From: Longimicrobiales bacterium
GTDB lineage: Bacteria > Gemmatimonadota > Gemmatimonadetes > Longimicrobiales > Gaopeijiaceae
Length of the DNA: 64,000 nucleotides
Direction of reading: 5' to 3'
Assembly (NCBI GenBank): GCA_965219445.1
Contig: CBDCNQ010000005.1
Coordinates: 1,280,001 to 1,344,000, forward strand
Shown: piece by piece, positions 1 through 7,796 of the stretch
How positions within the stretch are numbered: position 1 is the first letter of the stretch
Layout: every line of letters starts with the position of its first letter
Made by a program: the position numbers and the translations under genes
Notes under the pieces: generated by a model
The model's input: only the letters and a program-made list of their open reading frames with translations
Told to the model about the DNA's origin: nothing
Database searches by the model: none

Positions 1-217
1 CAGTTCCGGATCGTTCTTCAATCTGGTGAAGAGCCACACCTGGCAGGGGATGTTCGGCGACCCCAAGTACGGAGGCAACGTGAACTTTGCCGGGTGGGAC
101 CTCATCAACTATCCGGGTGTGCGCCTTGGGGTGAGCCCGGAGGAGCAGAGGCGCCTCGAAGCCGACGAGCTGGACCCGGTGCGGCAGTCCGCGTACGACT
201 ACAACCTGTTCGAATGA
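1..217 (+). CDS. Gluconate 2-dehydrogenase subunit 3 (gamma)-family protein, C-terminal part (5' end outside window)
   Basis: HTWQGMFGDPKYGGN..GW.LI.YPG matches the family C-terminal motif; lies directly upstream of a GMC flavoprotein. Confidence 0.8.
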   Translation, partial: SSGSFFNLVKSHTWQGMFGDPKYGGNVNFAGWDLINYPGVRLGVSPEEQRRLEADELDPVRQSAYDYNLFE

Positions 218-265
218 CGCCCGGAATGTCGTTCGACCAGCCTTCCAGGGGAGGAATCTGAGGTC

Positions 266-1972
266 ATGCCGACGCAGCTTCTTGAGACCGATGTCGTCAT
301 CGTGGGAATGGGTGCCGCGGGTGGGGTTGCCGCCTACCCGTTGGCGGAGGCCGGGCTGAACGTAGTGGGGCTCGAGGCCGGGACCTGGCTCGACCAGCGC
401 GACTTCGCCCCCGACGAGATCCGGAACAACTACCGCGATTGGCCCATGCTGGTGAACAAAGCCGAGCTGGAGCGGCCCACCTCCCGGGCTACATCGGCTG
501 ACACGGCCACCCGTGTCGGCAGCCACCCCATGATGAATGCTGTGGGAGGGACCACTCTCCATTACTGGGCCCAGAGTTGGCGGCTCAATCCATGGGACTT
601 CAGTATGGTGACCGAGACGGCGAGGCGCTATGGAGCGTCCAGAATTCCTACCGGCTCCACCGTCGAGGACTGGCCGTTCGGATACGACGAGCTGGAGCCT
701 TACTACGATCGGGTAGAGCGCGAGGTGGGTATTTCCGGACAGGCCGGGAACGTTCGAGGAGACATCGACTCACGCGGGAATCGATTCGAGGGACCTCGAC
801 AGCGTGAGTTCCCCATGCCGCCGCTGCGATGGACGGCCTTCCATGATCGCATGGCCGACGCCGCGCGTTCGTTGGGGTGGAATCCGTTCCCCGGACCGGC
901 CGCCGTCAACAGCCAAGCGTACGACGATCGCGCGGGATGTGGCTATCACGGGTTCTGCAACAAGGGTGGCTGTCCGATCAACGCGAAGAACGCCACGCAT
1001 ATCACGACCATTCCGAAGGCTGTCGACACGGGCAACCTCGAGGTGGTCACCCGTGCGCACGTCACGACGCTCGAGGTGGGCTCGGACGGACGCGTGACCG
1101 GCGTCAACTACGTGGTGGGAAGCAATGAGTATTTCCAGCCGGCGAGGGTCGTCTTGATCGCGTCCTACACCTACGAAAACGTCCGTCTGTTGCTCTTGTC
1201 GAAATCCCGCGCCTATCCCGACGGGCTGGCGAACAACCATGGACAGGTGGGCCGGCACTACTTCAGTCATAACACGCGCGCGGGTGTGGGAGCGCTCTTT
1301 CCGTACGACCTCAAGGCGTGGTACGGCCTGCCGGCGCAGGGCGTCGCGGTGGATGACTGGGCCGACGACAACTTCGACCACTCCGATCACGATTTCATCG
1401 GGGGAGGAAACCTCTGGGTCATGTCGGACCGCCGGCCGATTTCGGCGGCGAACATGAACACGTACGGCCGAAGCCGTAATTGGGGATCCGCCTGGAAGCG
1501 GTTTATCCACGAACACTCCGATCGAACCCACGGCTCCTACATCCAGAAGACGACCCTCCCCTACGAAGACAACTACCTGGATCTGGATCCCCAGGTGACG
1601 GATCCTTTGGGTTTCCCGGTCATCCGCATTACGGGACAGTTCAAAGAAAACGAGATGGAGATCGCCGCGTTCATGCAGGATCGCATGGAGGAGTGGTATC
1701 GGGAGGCCGGGGCCGTCGAGGTCAACCGGAGTGGATTCGGCAGCACCATGGGCGCTTCCACCCACGCTTACGGGGGCACGCGCATGGGCGACGACCCGGA
1801 GACCAACGTGGTCGATCGTTGGGGATTTTCGCACGAAGTGCCGAACCTGGGAGTCCTGGGTGCCTCGGTGATGGGAACGAGCGGGGCGCGTAATCCTACC
1901 CTGACGAGTCAGGCACTCTCATGGCGTACGGCGGCGCATCTCGTCGAGAGTTGGAGGGATATCGCCGAGTGA
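266..1972 (+). CDS. GMC family oxidoreductase (gluconate 2-dehydrogenase-like flavoprotein)
   Basis: N-terminal GMGAAGG FAD motif, CGYHGFC..GGC cluster, C-terminal HAYGGTRMG and NPTLT. Confidence 0.9.
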   Translation: MPTQLLETDVVIVGMGAAGGVAAYPLAEAGLNVVGLEAGTWLDQRDFAPDEIRNNYRDWPMLVNKAELERPTSRATSADTATRVGSHPMMNAVGGTTLHYWAQSWRLNPWDFSMVTETARRYGASRIPTGSTVEDWPFGYDELEPYYDRVEREVGISGQAGNVRGDIDSRGNRFEGPRQREFPMPPLRWTAFHDRMADAARSLGWNPFPGPAAVNSQAYDDRAGCGYHGFCNKGGCPINAKNATHITTIPKAVDTGNLEVVTRAHVTTLEVGSDGRVTGVNYVVGSNEYFQPARVVLIASYTYENVRLLLLSKSRAYPDGLANNHGQVGRHYFSHNTRAGVGALFPYDLKAWYGLPAQGVAVDDWADDNFDHSDHDFIGGGNLWVMSDRRPISAANMNTYGRSRNWGSAWKRFIHEHSDRTHGSYIQKTTLPYEDNYLDLDPQVTDPLGFPVIRITGQFKENEMEIAAFMQDRMEEWYREAGAVEVNRSGFGSTMGASTHAYGGTRMGDDPETNVVDRWGFSHEVPNLGVLGASVMGTSGARNPTLTSQALSWRTAAHLVESWRDIAE

Positions 1973-1984
1973 AGCACCCTCCCG

Positions 1985-2042
1985 GCGACCTGAGAATCAG
2001 TTCCTAGCAGCGATCCTCTGCTCTTCGTCCGTCTTCCGCTCC
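1985..2042. repeat. 58-bp perfect direct repeat, copy 1 (3' end of monooxygenase M1)
   Basis: Identical to 7338-7395. Confidence 0.95.
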
Positions 2043-3391
2043 TCCATGAGCCTGTCGTAACCCTCTTCATCGAGGTGGGTGACGGCGATCCAGGCGTGGG
2101 ACATCTCGTCCGCGGTTCGGCTGCCCCCATCCACCCACTGATCCGGGTCCGGGTTGTTGGGGTTGCCCTCCGTGTTGTCGTACCACTGCTTGATTACGAG
2201 GACCGCACCGGTCGGCACCAGGGGCGCCGAGTCATCCCCATAAATGTGGCTCTGGTGCCATGTGGCGCTCCAGTTGGAGATCATGCTGATGATCTCCGTC
2301 TGTCCGGTCTCCGGATAGAAGATCTCCAAAGACGCAGACCGCAACCGCAAATGCCCGTGGGGCTGGAAGCTGTCGATGCGGACCGGATGGTCGAAGCTGT
2401 GAAAGCCCTGCGTCATGGCCGTCCCGTGGGGGGGCATGACGAGCTCACCTTCACGGATCCTATAGCTCTTCAGGTCCTGCTTGTACTCGTACTCGTAGTC
2501 CGCCGGGTGGAGCCAGATGCCCAGATCGACCACGTTGCCCTCGACCACGTCGTTCGCGGCAGTCGCTCCGAGCCCGCCGGGATACAGGTGGATGCTCCAG
2601 CGGATATACGCATCCACGGGGATCACTCGGCAAACGCCGTCGGGAATGATCTCACCCAGCTTGCCCATAGCGTACTCGGTTGCCCGGTCCCCCGACCCCT
2701 CGAAGCTGCCGTCTTCCTGCAGGAGTTGGAAGGTGGAGTTGGCGTGGTGGACCACCGTCTTGGCGACCCCACGAGGCTTCACCTGAAGGGCCTTGATGCA
2801 GCGCTCCTCGCTATCGGGCAGGCCTTCGATCTTGACGATTGGACTGTGCCACATGTCGAGCCCTGCGGCCGGCACGTCGATGGGGGTCGAGGGGGCGAGC
2901 AGGTCCGGCGGACCGAACAAGGCCGACAGCGACCAGTCGTCGGTGTCGAGCAAGTCCAACTCCGGAATCTCTTCCGCATTGCCCAGAGGCGCGCCCTGGT
3001 CGACCCAGGCAACGATCGTATTGATGTCCTCTTGGGAAAGACGCCAGTCCTCCTTGAGGTCCTGGATGCCGACATCGTTGTCGTAGTAGTACGGCGGCAT
3101 CAGGCGGTTGGCTACCTTGTTCTTGATGAGAGGCGCATACATCTGGACGTCGTCATAGGTCACGAGCTCCATGGGCCCGATTCCGCCCGCGCGGTGGCAG
3201 ACCGTGCAGTTCTCCTGGATGATGGAGGCCACGTCGGCGGAGTAGGTCACGTCCACGTCGTTTGTAGACGCGAAGGTGGCCTGGGCCTGGGCTGAACTAT
3301 GGAAGGTGAAGGTCGCGACGAGTGCGAAAGTGGCGGCTCCGATCCAAGGCGACCACAAACGCGAATGCGGGCTCCGATTCTCCAATTCCAT
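1997..3391 (-). CDS. Secreted cytochrome c / copper type II (PHM/DBH-like) monooxygenase fusion, paralog M1
   Basis: Signal peptide; CTVCH...MPP; VVHH, WSIH, QPHGH and DEM copper ligands; purine-rich RBS before ATG 3391. Confidence 0.8.
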   Translation of the reverse strand: MELENRSPHSRLWSPWIGAATFALVATFTFHSSAQAQATFASTNDVDVTYSADVASIIQENCTVCHRAGGIGPMELVTYDDVQMYAPLIKNKVANRLMPPYYYDNDVGIQDLKEDWRLSQEDINTIVAWVDQGAPLGNAEEIPELDLLDTDDWSLSALFGPPDLLAPSTPIDVPAAGLDMWHSPIVKIEGLPDSEERCIKALQVKPRGVAKTVVHHANSTFQLLQEDGSFEGSGDRATEYAMGKLGEIIPDGVCRVIPVDAYIRWSIHLYPGGLGATAANDVVEGNVVDLGIWLHPADYEYEYKQDLKSYRIREGELVMPPHGTAMTQGFHSFDHPVRIDSFQPHGHLRLRSASLEIFYPETGQTEIISMISNWSATWHQSHIYGDDSAPLVPTGAVLVIKQWYDNTEGNPNNPDPDQWVDGGSRTADEMSHAWIAVTHLDEEGYDRLMEERKTDEEQRIAARN

Positions 3392-3475
3392 GTTTCTCTC
3401 CCTCATGCTCGGGTGGACCACATCTGCAGCTCAAAAGCTGCCCGGGCTCCCTCCTTTGGGGAATGACTCCCCCCC

Positions 3476-3505
3476 AATCTACGTGTCGATCCGAAGGGAA
3501 AACAA
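3476..3505 (-). promoter_or_regulatory. Putative sigma70-type promoter for M1
   Basis: Minus strand TTGTTT-N18-TAGATT; conserved at 6193-6221 while the surrounding intergenic DNA diverges. Confidence 0.45.
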
Positions 3506-3569
3506 TAGGCGGCGGATACGAACCTGCAGGATAAAACTCCTTCTCGAATACTCGTATCGAAGGTGTTTC

Positions 3570-4565
3570 TTACGGTGTTACGTTCACCCTGACGTAACCG
3601 TTGGTCCAGCAACAATTGTCATTATCGCTGCTGTCCGGCGCAGTGAAGTTGTCCACCCGGGCTCGCATGATGTACTCACCCGGCACGGAGAACGTAACAA
3701 TCACGCTGGCGGTGCCCTGCCCCTCCGAAAGTTGGATAATCTGGGGTCCGGAGGCTGCACGGTCTCGTCGAGCAGCGGCGCCAACACCACCACCACCAGC
3801 GGCGGCAGCAGCAGAGGCCGGCTCCTCCTCCTGCTCCTCCTCAGGGTTGGACTCGTGCCGCGTGTACTCCACCCGTCCGGGACCCTGGAGCTGGGACCAT
3901 ATCACGCGAAGGGGAATGTCCAGAGAACGGGCATCGTCCGGATCCCTCTCCGAGGGGTCCGTCGCGTTGACCGAGAGGGTGAGGGGAGATCCTACCGACA
4001 CGGTCTGCGTACGTTCTGCCATGATGCCCGGAGGTCCCCGGCCCACGCCGGACTGCGAGTCGAAGGAAACGCTGGGAGGTAGACCGCCGTGAGGCCGGGG
4101 CACCCAGTCCAATTCGTAGGCGATGGCACCGGTCCGGCCGGGTACCCTCGTGACGTCGCCGTTCGCTTTGGTAAGGGTCCACCAGACGTCCTGGTCCTTC
4201 ATCTCCGCCGGCAGAGTCACCGTGAAGATCCCGCGGTGGTGTCCGGGGAAAAAGATCGTGGACTGCACCCCGTCGAACTGAGCCGGATCGAGGAAATTAT
4301 CCTCTCCCACAGGGATGTACAGCGTGTCCAGGTTGGCATTGCTGTATCCGAAGGAGATGGTGTACGTCCCGTCTTCATTCTCGTACCAGCCTTCCATGAA
4401 GGGGGCGAGGACGTGATTTCCGGGAGAGTTGGGCTGCAGGGGCCAACGGCCATCCGGCCCCGGACCCGTCACCTGGGCCTGGAGTACCGCTGGACCGGCC
4501 ACAGCACCCCAGAGAAGCAGCGCGACGGCCACTCCACCCACGGTCATACGAAACTGGTGCATCAT
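3570..4565 (-). CDS. Secreted hypothetical protein with Ig/PKD-like C-terminus ending CCWTNGYVRV, paralog P1
   Basis: Signal peptide, RBS (AGGAAGGAG), close paralog of 6247-7209 and distant paralog of 16660-17490. Confidence 0.8.
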   Translation of the reverse strand: MMHQFRMTVGGVAVALLLWGAVAGPAVLQAQVTGPGPDGRWPLQPNSPGNHVLAPFMEGWYENEDGTYTISFGYSNANLDTLYIPVGEDNFLDPAQFDGVQSTIFFPGHHRGIFTVTLPAEMKDQDVWWTLTKANGDVTRVPGRTGAIAYELDWVPRPHGGLPPSVSFDSQSGVGRGPPGIMAERTQTVSVGSPLTLSVNATDPSERDPDDARSLDIPLRVIWSQLQGPGRVEYTRHESNPEEEQEEEPASAAAAAGGGGVGAAARRDRAASGPQIIQLSEGQGTASVIVTFSVPGEYIMRARVDNFTAPDSSDNDNCCWTNGYVRVNVTP

Positions 4566-4609
4566 GGACTCCTTCCTGAATGCTCGAGCGTCGCATCGAA
4601 GGCGGGACT

Positions 4610-4670
4610 GAAAGAAGCGATGGGGACCGAAGGAGCCGCGGGTGCTGCGAAGCGTCCTTCGATCCCCATC
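4610..4670 (-). terminator. Putative intrinsic terminator or stabilising hairpin downstream of M2
   Basis: 16-bp stem 4619-4634/4655-4670 whose single mismatch is a G-U pair on the minus strand, followed by GCUUCUUUC; second copy near 7265-7316. Confidence 0.5.
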
Positions 4671-4704
4671 AGTAAAGATCCAGCATGTAAAGCGACCTGC
4701 GCGA

Positions 4705-6105
4705 TCAATCCCTAGAGGCAGTCCTTTCCGCTTCCTCCTTCATCTTCCTTTCCTCGAGGAGCTTTTCGTAGCCTTCCTCATCGAGGTGGGTCACGCCGAG
4801 CCAAAAGTGCGACATCTCGTCAGCCGTCCGGCTTCCATAGTCGACCCACTGATCCGGATCCGGGTTGTTGGGGTTGCCGTCCGTGTTGTCGAACCACTGC
4901 TTCATTATGAGTACCGCGCCGGCCGGGACCAGGGGCGCCACGTCATCCTCGTAAATGTGACTCTGGTGCCAAACGGCGCTCCAGTTGGATACCATGCTGA
5001 TGATCTCCGTCTGTCCTGTCTCCGGATAGAAGACTTCCAGGGACGCGGACCGCAAGCGTAAATGCCCGTGCGGCTGGAAGCTGTCGATACGGACCGGATG
5101 GTCGAAGCTGTGAAGGCCCTGGGTCATGGCCGACCCGTTCGGCGGGATCATGAGGTCGCGCTTACCCTCCATGAAGTCATAGCTGACCAGGTCCTGCTTG
5201 TACTCGTACTCGTAGTCGGCTGGATGGAGCCAGATGCCCAAATCGACCACGTTGCCCTCGATCACGTCGTTCACGGCAGTCTTTCCGAGTCCGCCGGGAT
5301 ACATGTGGATGTCCCAGCGGATATAGGTATCTGCTGGCAGTACTCGGCACACACCGTCGGGAATGATCTCACCCAGCTTGCCCATGGCGTACTCGGTTGC
5401 CCGGTCCCCCGTCCCCTGGAAGCTTCCGTCTTCCTGCAGGCGCTGGAAGGTCGAGTTGGCGTGGTGGACCACCGTCTTGGCGACCCCACGAGGCTTCACC
5501 TGAAGGGCCTTGATGCAGCGCTCGCCATCAGGCAGGCCTTGCATCTCCACCATTGGACGGTGCCACAGGTCGAGGCCGGCCGCCGGCACGTCGATCGGTG
5601 TCGAGGGGGCGAGAATGTCCGGCGGACCGAAGTCGGCCGACAGCGTCCATTCGTCTGTGGGGAGCAAGTCGGCCGGCGGTGGCATATCGTCCGGATTGCC
5701 CAGAGGCGCTCCCTGGTCTACCCAGGCAACGATGGTGTTGATGTCCTCTTGGGAGAGACGCCAATCGTGCTTGAGCTCTTGGATGCCGATATCGTTGTCG
5801 TAGTAATACGGCGGCATCAGGCGGTTCTCTACTTTGATCTTGATGAGGGGCGCATACATCTGGACGTCTTCATAGGTCAGGAGCTCCATGGGCCCGATTC
5901 CACCGGCTCGGTGGCAGACCTGGCAGTTGTTCTGGATGATCAACGCCACGTCGGCGGCGTAGGTGACGGCCACGTCATTCGACGCGAAGGTGGCCTGGGC
6001 CTGTGCCGTGCTCTGGAAAGCAAAGGTCGCGACGATGGCGAACGTGGCGGCGCTGGTCCAGGGCGTCCACAAGCGCGCACGTTGGCTGCGATTCTGCAGG
6101 TCCAT
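4705..6105 (-). CDS. Secreted cytochrome c / copper type II monooxygenase fusion, paralog M2
   Basis: CQVCH, VVHH, WDIH, QPHGH, DEM; highly similar to M1. Confidence 0.8.
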   Translation of the reverse strand: MDLQNRSQRARLWTPWTSAATFAIVATFAFQSTAQAQATFASNDVAVTYAADVALIIQNNCQVCHRAGGIGPMELLTYEDVQMYAPLIKIKVENRLMPPYYYDNDIGIQELKHDWRLSQEDINTIVAWVDQGAPLGNPDDMPPPADLLPTDEWTLSADFGPPDILAPSTPIDVPAAGLDLWHRPMVEMQGLPDGERCIKALQVKPRGVAKTVVHHANSTFQRLQEDGSFQGTGDRATEYAMGKLGEIIPDGVCRVLPADTYIRWDIHMYPGGLGKTAVNDVIEGNVVDLGIWLHPADYEYEYKQDLVSYDFMEGKRDLMIPPNGSAMTQGLHSFDHPVRIDSFQPHGHLRLRSASLEVFYPETGQTEIISMVSNWSAVWHQSHIYEDDVAPLVPAGAVLIMKQWFDNTDGNPNNPDPDQWVDYGSRTADEMSHFWLGVTHLDEEGYEKLLEERKMKEEAERTASRD

Positions 6106-6192
6106 GATGGTCCTCTCCCTCAAGCGAGTGAACTACGCATACTACGTCTCAAGCGACCCAGGTTCCTTCCCCCGGGGATTTACAGCTCTCCG

Positions 6193-6221
6193 AATCTACG
6201 TCCCGATCCGAAGGGATACAA
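6193..6221 (-). promoter_or_regulatory. Putative sigma70-type promoter for M2
   Basis: Minus strand TTGTAT-N17-TAGATT. Confidence 0.5.
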
Positions 6222-6246
6222 TACAGCACGACCACCGGGCTTGATC

Positions 6247-7209
6247 CTACCTGACGTTCACCCTGACGTAGCCGTTGGTCCAGCAGCACTGGTCCCCCGA
6301 GCCGCTGTCAGGCGCACTCCAGTTGTCCACCTGCGCTAGCATGAGATACTCACCCGGCACGGAGAACGTAACAATCACGCGGGCGGTGCCATGCCCCGCC
6401 GCAAGCGGGATAACCTGGGGTCCGCCTGGCTCCGGTCGTCGTGTATCAGCGGCGTCGTCCTCCTCCTCCTCCTCCACCTCAGGGTTGGACTCGTGCCGTG
6501 TGTATTCGACCCGTCCCGGACCCTGGAGCTGGGACCATATCACGCGCAGGGGAATGGCCTCCGCGAAACGGAAATCCTCCTGATCCCTCTCCGAAGGGTC
6601 CGTCGCGTTGACCGAGAGGGTGAGGGGAGATCCTACCGCGACGGTCAGCGTACGTTCTGCCATGATGCCCGGAGGTCCTCGGCCCACGCCGGAATCCGAG
6701 TCGAACGAGACGCTCGGAGGGAGACTGCCGTGAGGCCGGGGAACCCAGTCCAGCTGGTAGGCATTGGAAGTGACCCGGCCCGGCACTCTCGCGACGTCGC
6801 CGTTCGCTCTGCGAAGGGTCCACCAGACATCCTGGTCCTTCATCTCCGCCGGCAGAGTCACGGTGAAGATCCCCCGGTGGCGTCCGGGGAAAAACGTCGT
6901 GGGCTGCATCCCGTCGAACGGAGCCGGATCGAGAAAATTACCCTCTCCCAAGGGAATCACCAACGTGTCCTCATTGGCATTGAGGTACCCGAAGGAGATG
7001 CTGTACGTCCCGTCTTCATTCTCGTACCAGCCCTCCATGAAGGGGGCAAGGATGCGATGACCGGGAGAGTCAGGCTGGAGGGGCCAGCGGCCATCCGGCC
7101 CCGGCCCCGTCACCTGGGCCTCGAGTGCCGTTGGACCAACTGGACCCGCCAAAGGACCCCAGAGCAGCAGCGCGGTGGCCACGCTACACACCCTCATCCG
7201 AAGCATCAT
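6247..7209 (-). CDS. Secreted hypothetical protein ending CCWTNGYVRV, paralog P2
   Basis: Signal peptide, GAGGAGGAG RBS, paralog of P1. Confidence 0.8.
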   Translation of the reverse strand: MMLRMRVCSVATALLLWGPLAGPVGPTALEAQVTGPGPDGRWPLQPDSPGHRILAPFMEGWYENEDGTYSISFGYLNANEDTLVIPLGEGNFLDPAPFDGMQPTTFFPGRHRGIFTVTLPAEMKDQDVWWTLRRANGDVARVPGRVTSNAYQLDWVPRPHGSLPPSVSFDSDSGVGRGPPGIMAERTLTVAVGSPLTLSVNATDPSERDQEDFRFAEAIPLRVIWSQLQGPGRVEYTRHESNPEVEEEEEDDAADTRRPEPGGPQVIPLAAGHGTARVIVTFSVPGEYLMLAQVDNWSAPDSGSGDQCCWTNGYVRVNVR

Positions 7210-7337
7210 GAACTCCTCCTCGAACGTTGGAGGGTCGAATCTAAGGCGGGATTGTGAAAGAAGCGAAGGGGACCGAAGGAGCCGCCGCTGCTGCGAAGCG
7301 TCCTTTGATCCCCATCAGTAAAAATCCAGCATGTAAA

Positions 7338-7395
7338 GCGACCTGAGAATCAGTTCCTAGCAGCGATCCTCTGCTCTTCGTCCGTCTTCCGCTCC
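7338..7395. repeat. 58-bp perfect direct repeat, copy 2 (orphan 3' end of an M1-like gene)
   Basis: Identical to 1985-2042; preceded by a copy of the 4566-4700 intergenic region. Confidence 0.95.
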
Positions 7396-7511
7396 GATGG
7401 AGCCATCGACAGTAGCGTCACAAGTGTGCGTCTTCTTGTTGCGTCGACGGCGAATTACGATACAGTGCGCGAGTGATATCACCCTCGATCACCAGATAAA
7501 GGGAGTTTCCC

Positions 7512-7703
7512 ATGGCGGCATACACCTGCGACAAGTGCGGCATGAGCGTGAACATGACGTGTGGTCAGTGTGGGCAGGAGCTCGTCCATGACACGCTCAC
7601 CACGGACGACGGCAGCAGCGTTGAGGTATCGAAATGTCCCGAAGGACACGGCATGATCAAGTCGCCGATGTGCTGCGCACAGGACATGACCTGCACGGTC
7701 TAG
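7512..7703 (+). CDS. Small Cys-rich putative metal-binding protein (63 aa)
   Basis: GGGAG RBS; CxxC, CxxC, CxxxH, CC and C motifs. Confidence 0.75.
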   Translation: MAAYTCDKCGMSVNMTCGQCGQELVHDTLTTDDGSSVEVSKCPEGHGMIKSPMCCAQDMTCTV

Positions 7704-7796
7704 CCGCCGGCTCGGCATAGCTGCAAGCGTCGGGCGGCAAGGGTTACCGCTCCCCTCGCTGAACCCATCGGAGCTCCGGTATCCTTCTTTTTCCCA

